From NCBI GenBank assembly GCA_046757165.1, contig JBHHXT010000050.1, positions 1 through 27,968 of the forward strand: a stretch of 27,968 bases of DNA, in the 5' to 3' direction. The notes beneath the pieces were generated by a model. That model ran no database searches and had not been told where the DNA came from. It saw only the letters and a list, made by a program, of their open reading frames with translations. The position numbers and the translations under genes are program-made. Source of the DNA: a bacterium (GTDB lineage: Bacteria; Zhuqueibacterota; Zhuqueibacteria; Oceanimicrobiales; Oceanimicrobiaceae). The stretch's first letter is position 1. Each line of letters starts with the position of its first letter. Below, piece by piece: positions 1-7,484 of the stretch.

Positions 1-102
1 AACGGAAAGAAGTATTTGATTGCTACTTTGTTGTAAATAGGCGATATGTCTTCGACGACAAAACCGCTGGAGACAAACTTCTAAGCGTTGAAAGGAAAAT
101 AA

Positions 103-1140
103 ATGCGCGCCCTCCTGTATCATATAGGTGAGAAGGTATTGCAGTTGAGTGCCCTACCAGAGCCGGAGCCGGAGCCGGATGAAGTTGTGGTGCAGCTCAA
201 AGCGTGCGGCCTCTGCGGCACCGATGTGCATATTGTTCGCGAAGGCAGCATTCCCACCGCCTTCTCACCCATCGTCGTCGGCCATGAGCCGGCGGGAGTG
301 ATCGCCGAAGTCGGCTCGCAGGTCAGCAATTGGCAGGTGGGCGACCGGGTTGCAGTCTACCCTGCTGCTTTTTGCGGCGAGTGCTCCGCTTGCCGGAATG
401 GCCGGGAAGGCTTGTGTTTCAACACGCAGATTTTTGGTCTGGCCCGCCACGGCGCCATGGCGGAGCGGATGACCGCGCCCGCTCGCGCCCTGGTGAAACT
501 GCCCGACAAAATTCCGTTTGAGATTGGCGCAATTCTGACAGATGCCGTTTCCACGCCCTACCATGCCGTGGTCAAGCGTGGCCGCGTGCAGCAGGGAGAA
601 AGCGTAGCTATTTTTGGCTGCGGTGGGTTGGGCAGTCAGGCTATTCGTTTCTGTAAGCTCTTTGGCGCCTCGCGCATCATTGCCGTTGACCGCAATGTCG
701 TTGCCCTTGAAAATGCTCTGAAAGCGGGTGCGACAGATTCGGTGCAAGCCGATAGCGATACACCGCCCCACAAGCAAGTTCGTCAGTTGACCGACGGATT
801 GGGTGTGGACGTCGCTTTCGAGTTTGTCGGACTTCAACAAACCATCGACAGCGCCGTGCGCAGTTTGCGGCGCGGCGGGCGCGCAGTGGTTGTTGGGATT
901 GGTGTCGAGAAGATTCAACTGCCCGCTATTCGGACGTTTGTCGGGAACGAATATGAGCTCAAAGGTTCTATGGGACTGGATCTACAGGACTTGAAGGACG
1001 TCGTGGCGTTGGTTGCGCAAGACAAGCTGGAGCTAAAGGGTGCTACACAGGCCATTGCGTTTGCCGCCGTCAATGAGGCCTTGCAAAATCTCGAGCAGGG
1101 CAGGGCCGAGCATGCGAGATATGTCGTGAGCTTAGAATGA
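103..1140 (+). CDS. Zn-dependent alcohol dehydrogenase (MDR superfamily)
   Basis: CGLCGTD catalytic Zn Cys, GHEPAG motif, structural Zn CGECSAC-x7-C, nucleotide-binding GCGGLG; RBS-like AAGGA upstream. Confidence 0.93.
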   Translation: MRALLYHIGEKVLQLSALPEPEPEPDEVVVQLKACGLCGTDVHIVREGSIPTAFSPIVVGHEPAGVIAEVGSQVSNWQVGDRVAVYPAAFCGECSACRNGREGLCFNTQIFGLARHGAMAERMTAPARALVKLPDKIPFEIGAILTDAVSTPYHAVVKRGRVQQGESVAIFGCGGLGSQAIRFCKLFGASRIIAVDRNVVALENALKAGATDSVQADSDTPPHKQVRQLTDGLGVDVAFEFVGLQQTIDSAVRSLRRGGRAVVVGIGVEKIQLPAIRTFVGNEYELKGSMGLDLQDLKDVVALVAQDKLELKGATQAIAFAAVNEALQNLEQGRAEHARYVVSLE

Positions 1141-1149
1141 CCAGTAGAC

Positions 1150-1224
1150 ATTTCCACCGGACTGGAGTCCCCAACTGGCCGGACAACAGCAACCCGTTGA
1201 GCTCTTCTATGTGTTGGTGAAAAT
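1150..1224. repeat. Degenerate palindromic intergenic element, family A, copy 1
   Basis: Left arm ATTTCCACCGGACTGGAGTCCCCAAC (22/26 identical to copy at 9855); right arm GTTGAGCTCTTCTATGTGTTGGTGAAAAT. Confidence 0.65.
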
Positions 1225-1251
1225 AAGAATCATAGGAGGAGGAAACATGCC

Positions 1252-2766
1252 ATGCAAACCAATATCGGCCTTTTTCTCGCAAAACGCGCCCGGTTACACC
1301 CTGAAAAGATCGGTTTGATTTTTGAAGGCCGCGAGATATCTTATCGCGACTGGAGCGAGCGCGCCAACCGTGCGGCGCATGGGTTCGCGCGCCTCGGAGT
1401 GAAAGCTGGCGACCGCGTGGGGTTGCTGATGATGAACTCGCCGGAGCTACTCGAATCTTTCTTCGGTCTGGCGCAGATCGGCGCTATCGTTGTCCCGCTC
1501 AACTGGCGGCTGGCGGCTGCTGAGTTGGCCTATATCATCAATGATGCCGGAATCAGCGTGCTGGTCTATGGGCAGGAGTTCGGCGAAGCAGTCGATTCGG
1601 TTCGAGAGGACATCCCGGCCAAAACGTTTGTCAGCTTGGGAAGCAAAGTGGCGAATGGCGATCAAGCCTATGAAGCCATGCTCACGGGACAAGCTTCTGG
1701 CGAGCCGGAAGTAGATGGGGCGGACAATGACCCGCTGGTCATCATGTACACCTCGGGCACCACCGGCCGTCCCAAAGGCGCAGTGCTGACGCACAATAAC
1801 CTGTTCTACGACTCGTGTACGGTGAGCGTCAGCATGGATTGGCGCATGGGCGATCGTGTCCTGGTGGCGCTGCCCCTCTTCCATATCGGGGCCCTGATCT
1901 ACACCCTCATCGATGTGCACATCGGCGCCACGACCGTGCTGAAGCAAACCTTTGACCCGACTGACTTTTTGCAGACCATCGAGAGGCATCGGGTTGACGC
2001 CTTCCTGTCGGTGCCGGCGATGCTGAATTTCATGGTGCAGGTGCCGGCGTACAAAGATGCCGATCTCTCCAGTGTGCGGGTGGCTCTGGCCGGGACGGCA
2101 CCCGTGCCGGTACCGTTGATCCAGGCGTGGGGCGAGCGTGGCATCGCCATCCAACAGGTATACGGCCTGACCGAGGCGGCCGGCGGTGTAGCTGTGCTCG
2201 ATTCAGAACACGCTCTGCCAAAGGCGGGCTCCACCGGACAGCCCATGTTCCATACCGATATTCGCATTGTGGACGACAACGGCGAGGGAGTCCCCGCTGG
2301 CACCATAGGCGAGGTCTTGATTCGTGGCCCCCACGTCATGCGTGAATATTGGAACAATCCGGAAGCCACGGCCCAAACCATCAAAAACGGTTGGCTTTTC
2401 ACAGGCGATCTCGGCAGGCTTGACGACCAGGGCTACCTTTACATTGTCGAGCGCAAGAAGGACATGATCATCTCCGGCGGCGAGAACATCTATCCGGCTG
2501 AAATCGAGAACGTGTTGGCCGGCATGACGCAGGTCGCCGAGGCGGCCGTTATCGGCGTTCCCGACCCGCAGTGGGGCGAGGCGGTGTGTGTGGTCGCGCG
2601 GTTGAAGGAAAGCGAGACGCTCGATCTGAAGGAGGTCGCAGAGTACTGTACAGGTAAACTGGGCAAGTACAAGATTCCGAAGAAACTCGTGCTCACCGAA
2701 GAGCCGCTGCCGCGCACTGCTGCGGGCAAGGTGCTGAAACGCGTTTTGAGAGAAGAAGTTGTCTAA
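1252..2766 (+). CDS. Long-chain acyl-CoA ligase (AMP-binding; FadD/MenE-like)
   Basis: YTSGTTGRPKG, YGLTE, TGDLG, KDMIISGGENIYPAEIE, LPRTAAGK motifs; strong RBS GGAGGAGG. Confidence 0.95.
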   Translation: MQTNIGLFLAKRARLHPEKIGLIFEGREISYRDWSERANRAAHGFARLGVKAGDRVGLLMMNSPELLESFFGLAQIGAIVVPLNWRLAAAELAYIINDAGISVLVYGQEFGEAVDSVREDIPAKTFVSLGSKVANGDQAYEAMLTGQASGEPEVDGADNDPLVIMYTSGTTGRPKGAVLTHNNLFYDSCTVSVSMDWRMGDRVLVALPLFHIGALIYTLIDVHIGATTVLKQTFDPTDFLQTIERHRVDAFLSVPAMLNFMVQVPAYKDADLSSVRVALAGTAPVPVPLIQAWGERGIAIQQVYGLTEAAGGVAVLDSEHALPKAGSTGQPMFHTDIRIVDDNGEGVPAGTIGEVLIRGPHVMREYWNNPEATAQTIKNGWLFTGDLGRLDDQGYLYIVERKKDMIISGGENIYPAEIENVLAGMTQVAEAAVIGVPDPQWGEAVCVVARLKESETLDLKEVAEYCTGKLGKYKIPKKLVLTEEPLPRTAAGKVLKRVLREEVV

Positions 2767-2782
2767 GCGAGGATTAACCGGC

Positions 2783-3565
2783 ATGGAAACGAACACGCTG
2801 TTGTTTGAGAAAACCGGAGCGGTGGCGCGGCTGACGCTCAATCGCCCGCAAGCCCGCAACGCCGTCAATGGTGACCTCTGTCGCCGGTTGCAGGAATGTC
2901 TCACCGAAGTGGAACGGGATGACCGCGTGAAAGCGGTGGTGCTGGCCGGCAAGGGGCCGATCTTTTCGGCGGGCGGAGATCTAAACTCCATCGAAAAGAT
3001 GTGTGACGACAGCGCTGGTCGCAACTACGTTAGCCTCACGGAAACCTTTGGCGCCGTCGAGCAGCTCTACAACTGCTCCAAGCCTACCATCTCTGCGGTA
3101 CATGGCGCGGTCGTGGGCGGCGCCTGCGGGCTGGTGGCTGCCTGCGATTTTGTTTATGCAGAAGAAACCACCCGCTTTATCTTCCCCTTTCTGGATTTGG
3201 GCATCATTCCGGACATGTGCGTGATGTTCGTCTTGACGCAGCGGGTTGGGCTGCAAGCGGCTCGGCGACTCCTGTTGCAGGTGCAAACGATCACCGCAGG
3301 TGAGGCAAGCAACCTCGGTCTTGTAGACCACCTGAGCGCGGAAGGGAAACTGATGGATGAGGCGCTAACCGCGGCAGAGAATTTGGCGAAGCGTTCCGGC
3401 CCGGCCATGGCGTTCACCAAGTCGCATCTGAACCGGATCGGCCGGCTTTCGTTTGCAGAATCCATGCAGCAAGAAGTCTTGCAGCAGAGTTTGTTGTGGA
3501 CCACACCTGAAGTCAAGCAGCGTGCACGCGAGATGCTGCAACAATTGGCGACGAAAAAGAAGTAG
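2783..3565 (+). CDS. Enoyl-CoA hydratase/isomerase (crotonase) family protein, PaaG-like
   Basis: LNRPQARNA, FSAGGDL oxyanion motif, AVHGAVVGG, GIIPD; ATG at 2783 follows GAGG. Confidence 0.9.
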   Translation: METNTLLFEKTGAVARLTLNRPQARNAVNGDLCRRLQECLTEVERDDRVKAVVLAGKGPIFSAGGDLNSIEKMCDDSAGRNYVSLTETFGAVEQLYNCSKPTISAVHGAVVGGACGLVAACDFVYAEETTRFIFPFLDLGIIPDMCVMFVLTQRVGLQAARRLLLQVQTITAGEASNLGLVDHLSAEGKLMDEALTAAENLAKRSGPAMAFTKSHLNRIGRLSFAESMQQEVLQQSLLWTTPEVKQRAREMLQQLATKKK

Positions 3566-3590
3566 CGACGAGGTGACAAGGAGGAATGAC

Positions 3591-3665
3591 CAATGCCCTA
3601 TTGCTGCATTGCTCCACCTCTCCAACAATAGAGCCCTGAAACAATGAAACAATACAACACTAGAA
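3591..3665. repeat. Degenerate 8-bp tandem array (CAATGAAA-like) with inverted units upstream
   Basis: caatagag-ccctgaaa-caatgaaa-caatacaa-cactagaa at 3626-3665; ctattgctgcattgctcc at 3598-3615 is the reverse orientation. Confidence 0.5.
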
Positions 3666-3685
3666 ATAAAGGAGCAATTGAAAAT

Positions 3686-4864
3686 ATGTTGTTGGCAGGG
3701 ATTCGGGTGTTGGATTTTGGCCGTTACATCGCAGGGCCTTTTTGTGCGGCGCTGCTGGCTGACATGGGCGCGGAAGTGATCCGCATCGAAAGAGTGCATG
3801 GCGGCGAAGACCGTTATCTGGCGTCGGTGGCGGACGACGGCAGCGGCGCGCTCTTCATGGCGGCCAATCGCAACAAGAAAGGTATCACGCTGAATCCCAT
3901 GAAGCCGGAAGGTCAGGACATTGTAAGAAAACTGGTCGCCACCGCCGACATGGTGATTGCCAATCTGCCGCTGTCCGCCTTAAAGCAGATGAAAATCGAT
4001 TATGACAGTCTGAAGGCGATTCGCGAGGATCTGATTTTGGTGACGGCGACCGCCTACGGTACAGAAGGCCCTTACGCCGACAGAGTGGGATTCGACACCG
4101 TGGCGCAGGCCGTGTCCGGCGCCATGCACCTGACCGGATTTGACGGCCAGCCAACGCGAAATATCGTTTTGTTTGAAGACTACGGCACCGCGATGTTTGC
4201 CGCATACGGCGCCATGTGTGCGTTGCTGGAAAGAGAGAAAAGCGGCAAAGGCCAGTTGGTGGAAACCTCGTTGCTGAGTACAGGCCTCAATTTCATGAGC
4301 AGCCTGTTCATCGAGCATCAGATCACCGGCATCATGCGCAAACAGCAGGGCAACCGCGCCTTTTGGGCGGCACCGGCGGATACCTACCAAACATCAGATG
4401 GCTGGATTGTGGTCTCGGTCGTGGGCAATGGTTTTTTTAAACGCTGGACAGAATTGGTGGGACGCCCCGAACTCTTTGAGCATCCGGACTTGCAGAATGA
4501 TGCTGCCCGCGCTGAGCAGGCCGACCTGCTTGATGAAATCATGGTCCCCTGGTGCCGGCAACGCACCACAGAACAAGCCCTGAAGGAGCTGGAGCAGGCC
4601 AAAATCTCCTGCGGGCCGGTCTATGACATACAGCAGGCACTGGATGATCCGCAGGTGCAGGCGTGCCAACTGCTCAAAGCCGTCACTTATCCCGGCATCG
4701 AGAATCCGGTATCCATCATAGAGACGCCGGTGCGGTTATCGCGAACCCCGGGGAGTATCCGTACAGCCGCGCCAACGCTGGGACAGGACACGCAGGAGAT
4801 TCTAACCGAACTAGGGTACAGCCAAGTGGAGATCGAAGAGTTGCGGGCAAAGGATGTGATATGA
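3686..4864 (+). CDS. CaiB/BaiF family III CoA-transferase
   Basis: LAGIRVLDF..IAGP, LLADMGAEVIRIE, NRNKK, APTLGQDT; putative catalytic Asp in EDYGT; ATG 3686 after AAGGAG. Confidence 0.93.
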   Translation: MLLAGIRVLDFGRYIAGPFCAALLADMGAEVIRIERVHGGEDRYLASVADDGSGALFMAANRNKKGITLNPMKPEGQDIVRKLVATADMVIANLPLSALKQMKIDYDSLKAIREDLILVTATAYGTEGPYADRVGFDTVAQAVSGAMHLTGFDGQPTRNIVLFEDYGTAMFAAYGAMCALLEREKSGKGQLVETSLLSTGLNFMSSLFIEHQITGIMRKQQGNRAFWAAPADTYQTSDGWIVVSVVGNGFFKRWTELVGRPELFEHPDLQNDAARAEQADLLDEIMVPWCRQRTTEQALKELEQAKISCGPVYDIQQALDDPQVQACQLLKAVTYPGIENPVSIIETPVRLSRTPGSIRTAAPTLGQDTQEILTELGYSQVEIEELRAKDVI

Positions 4865-5925
4865 ATCAATCATATCACCAAAGATTTGGCGATGAGCAAC
4901 CCCTTTTTGAAAAGATTGAGATGAAAAAAGCCTACATCACCGGCGCCACCGGCTTCATTGGCGGCAGGCTGGTGCGATTACTGGTTGAAAAGCAAATGGA
5001 AGTCACCTGTCTGGTGCGGTCGCCGGAAAAGATCGAACACCTGAAGCCGCTGGGCATCAAAGTCGTCACCGGCGATATCACTGATGAAGAACGCGTCGCC
5101 GAGACCATTCAAGGCCACGATCTGGTCTTCCACATTGCGGCCTGGTACGAGATTGGCGTGCGCTCGGGCAAAGAATCTGCTATGCGGCTGACCAACGTGA
5201 CCGGGACGAAAAACGTACTGCAGACGGCCTGGAAAAGCGGGGCAAAACGCATCGTCTATTGCAGTACCGTGGCTGCGCTCGGGTCCAGCGGCCCGCCGGA
5301 TCGGATCGGCGATGAAAATCACCCGCACGATGGGCGGTTTCAGAGTCTGTATGCCAAAACCAAATGGGAAGCGCATCAAACGGTGAAGGGTTTGATCAAA
5401 GAGGGCGCGCCCATCGTCATGGTGTTGCCCGGCGCAGTTTACGGCCCGGGAGATACCAGTCTGATCACCCGGCAAATGCGGCTCATCGTAAATGAAAAAG
5501 TGCCGGCCATGCCCAAGGCCCCAGGAATTTATTGCTACACACACGTCGATGATGTGGTCGCGGGAATCTGGCTGGCGGCTGAAGAGGGTCGCGTCAGCGA
5601 GCAATACGTTCTTGCCGGCCCGGCCCTGACCATGGTAGAATTTCACCATGTCGTTGCCCGGCAGGCGGGGGTGAAGCCTCCTGCACTTCGCATCCCGTCC
5701 GGAGTACTGCGCGCTTTGGCCTGGATTCATGACAACGTTCCCGGCGGCAAGATCGTCTCCGGCGGAATGCCGATGAGCCGAGAAGCCATTGCCATGACCA
5801 CTCAGGCGAACTGGGCTTTTTCTTCTCAAAAAGCTGAGAAGGAGCTGGGGTGGAAAGCGCGGTCTTTTGAAGAGGGCCTGGCCGAGACGCTGGAATGGAT
5901 TCGGAAGCAAGTGGTTCCGGCTTAA
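4861..5925 (+). CDS. NAD-dependent epimerase/dehydratase (extended SDR; HpnA/dihydroflavonol reductase/3-beta-HSD-like)
   Basis: TGATGFIG, HIAA, YAKTK (YxxxK), VYGPGD; ATG 4861 overlaps the upstream stop (ATGA); alternative start 4921. Confidence 0.88.
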   Translation: MNQSYHQRFGDEQPLFEKIEMKKAYITGATGFIGGRLVRLLVEKQMEVTCLVRSPEKIEHLKPLGIKVVTGDITDEERVAETIQGHDLVFHIAAWYEIGVRSGKESAMRLTNVTGTKNVLQTAWKSGAKRIVYCSTVAALGSSGPPDRIGDENHPHDGRFQSLYAKTKWEAHQTVKGLIKEGAPIVMVLPGAVYGPGDTSLITRQMRLIVNEKVPAMPKAPGIYCYTHVDDVVAGIWLAAEEGRVSEQYVLAGPALTMVEFHHVVARQAGVKPPALRIPSGVLRALAWIHDNVPGGKIVSGGMPMSREAIAMTTQANWAFSSQKAEKELGWKARSFEEGLAETLEWIRKQVVPA

Positions 5926-5941
5926 TGCTTGAGAGAAGGAA

Positions 5942-5973
5942 CCTTGGAGCAATGAAACAATGGAACAGTGAAA
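5942..5973. repeat. Second degenerate 8-bp tandem array (CAATGAAA-like)
   Basis: ccttggag-caatgaaa-caatggaa-cagtgaaa. Confidence 0.5.
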
Positions 5974-5994
5974 CACAACCTAACGAGGATGTTT

Positions 5995-6014
5995 CCTAGA
6001 TTGAGAAATCTAGG
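5995..6014. promoter_or_regulatory. Perfect 8-bp inverted repeat (operator or RNA hairpin) upstream of the thioesterase-activase genes
   Basis: CCTAGATT-GAGA-AATCTAGG, 20 nt before ATG 6035. Confidence 0.35.
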
Positions 6015-6034
6015 TAGAACCATGGAAAGAACCG

Positions 6035-6445
6035 ATGCCAGATGATTTCCCCCTCAATGACAAAGGATTCAATCCCTTCGGCGATCTCATTGGCCTGAGC
6101 TTCTCCCGCACCCAAAAGGGGACCAGCCGCTGCACGTTAGAAGTCGACAAAAAACTGTTGAACCCTCACAATCTCGTGCACGGGGGCGTCATCTACGCCA
6201 TGGCTGACACGGGCATGGGCGTGGCGCTTTATGGGGACTTAGATGAGAATGAATCCTGCGCGACAATAGAGATCAAGATCATGTACTTCAAATCCGTGAC
6301 TTCCGGCGCCATCACGTGCGAATCAACGGTTCTGCACCGAAGTAAGCGCATTGCGATCATAGAGTCGGAAATAAGCAACGAGGGTCGCCTGATTGCCAAA
6401 GCAACGGGCACGTTTTATGTCTTGCGCCGGGGAGCGCCGGAATGA
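6035..6445 (+). CDS. PaaI family hotdog-fold thioesterase
   Basis: LNPHNLVHGGVIYAMADTG motif; 136 aa. Confidence 0.92.
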   Translation: MPDDFPLNDKGFNPFGDLIGLSFSRTQKGTSRCTLEVDKKLLNPHNLVHGGVIYAMADTGMGVALYGDLDENESCATIEIKIMYFKSVTSGAITCESTVLHRSKRIAIIESEISNEGRLIAKATGTFYVLRRGAPE

Positions 6446-6449
6446 GAAA

Positions 6450-7376
6450 ATGGAAACCATAGCAAGTACAAAGGATGGAAGTTATGCTACCATCTTTGAT
6501 ATCCAGCGCTTTTCTCTGCACGATGGCCCCGGCATTCGTACGACGATTTTCTTCAAAGGCTGCCCGATTCGCTGCGCCTGGTGTCAAAATCCTGAGTCGC
6601 ATCAGACCAGGCCGGAGATCGCCTTCTATGCTGAGCAGTGTAAAGAATCCTACCACTGCCTGGAGGTTTGCCCGAATGATGCGGTATTGACCGGAAAGCA
6701 GCACCGGGTAGACTATGCAAAATGCAACAGTTGCGGCGAATGCGCTTCAGCATGTGTTTTTGGTGCGTTGCGAATCATCGGCCGGGAATGGTGTCGTGAA
6801 TCTTTGATCGGCGAAATCCTGAAAGACAAAGATTATTTTCTCGATTCCGGGGGCGGTGTGACGTTATCCGGTGGGGAGCCCATGATGCAGGTCGAGTTCT
6901 TGCAGAAATTCTTGCCTTCGCTGAAAAGCCATAGAATTCATGTCAACATAGAAACCTGCGGCGTTCTTAAATGGGAAAAAATGGCGAAGGTCATTCCTTT
7001 TCTGGATCTCATCTATTATGATCTCAAACACATGAATCCCAAAATACACAAAAAACATACCGGGGTGGATAACAGAATCATACTCAGCAACTTTGAGAAA
7101 CTCGCAAAGGTGTTTCCAAACTTGCAGGCGCGAATGCCGGTCATTCCGGGGATCAATGACGACCGGGAAAATATTTTCGCGGTTGCACAGTTTCTCAAAC
7201 GGAACGGCCAACATTCCATTCACTGTCTCCCTTACCATAATTTGGGGCAGTCAAAACTAATCCGAATTAATTCCGGTGTGGAACCGTTGCAGGTGCAAAG
7301 CATCACATCGAAAGATATTCAGCCGGTTAAAGAAATGTTTGAAGAGCAAGGGATCCATGCCGTCGTTTATGATTGA
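6450..7376 (+). CDS. Glycyl-radical enzyme activating enzyme (radical SAM, with ferredoxin-like insert)
   Basis: IQRFSLHDGPGIRT, GCPIRCAWCQNPES (CxxxCxxC), insert CKESYHCLEVCP / CNSCGECASAC, GGVTLSGGEP, PYH. Confidence 0.95.
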   Translation: METIASTKDGSYATIFDIQRFSLHDGPGIRTTIFFKGCPIRCAWCQNPESHQTRPEIAFYAEQCKESYHCLEVCPNDAVLTGKQHRVDYAKCNSCGECASACVFGALRIIGREWCRESLIGEILKDKDYFLDSGGGVTLSGGEPMMQVEFLQKFLPSLKSHRIHVNIETCGVLKWEKMAKVIPFLDLIYYDLKHMNPKIHKKHTGVDNRIILSNFEKLAKVFPNLQARMPVIPGINDDRENIFAVAQFLKRNGQHSIHCLPYHNLGQSKLIRINSGVEPLQVQSITSKDIQPVKEMFEEQGIHAVVYD

Positions 7377-7380
7377 GGGA

Positions 7381-7441
7381 ATTTGCAACGGACCAAAGAA
7401 CCCAACTGTCCAATCCGTTGGGTTTTCTATCTGGTGAAAAT
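7381..7441. repeat. Palindromic element family A, copy 2 (between activase and GRE)
   Basis: ATTTGCAACGGACCAAAGAACCCAAC ... GTTGGGTTTTCTATCTGGTGAAAAT. Confidence 0.65.
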
Positions 7442-7484
7442 TAATGGTCAGGTTTTCAACTGAGACTAGAGTGATTGGTAACAA

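Noticed and set aside
158..178. CCGGAG hexamer repeat in the ADH gene
   Set aside because: It encodes the ordinary PEPEPEP segment of MDR N-termini and stays in frame.
4663..4860. N-terminal extension of the SDR ORF (420 aa)
   Set aside because: It overlaps the CoA-transferase in another frame; the Rossmann motif begins after 4921.
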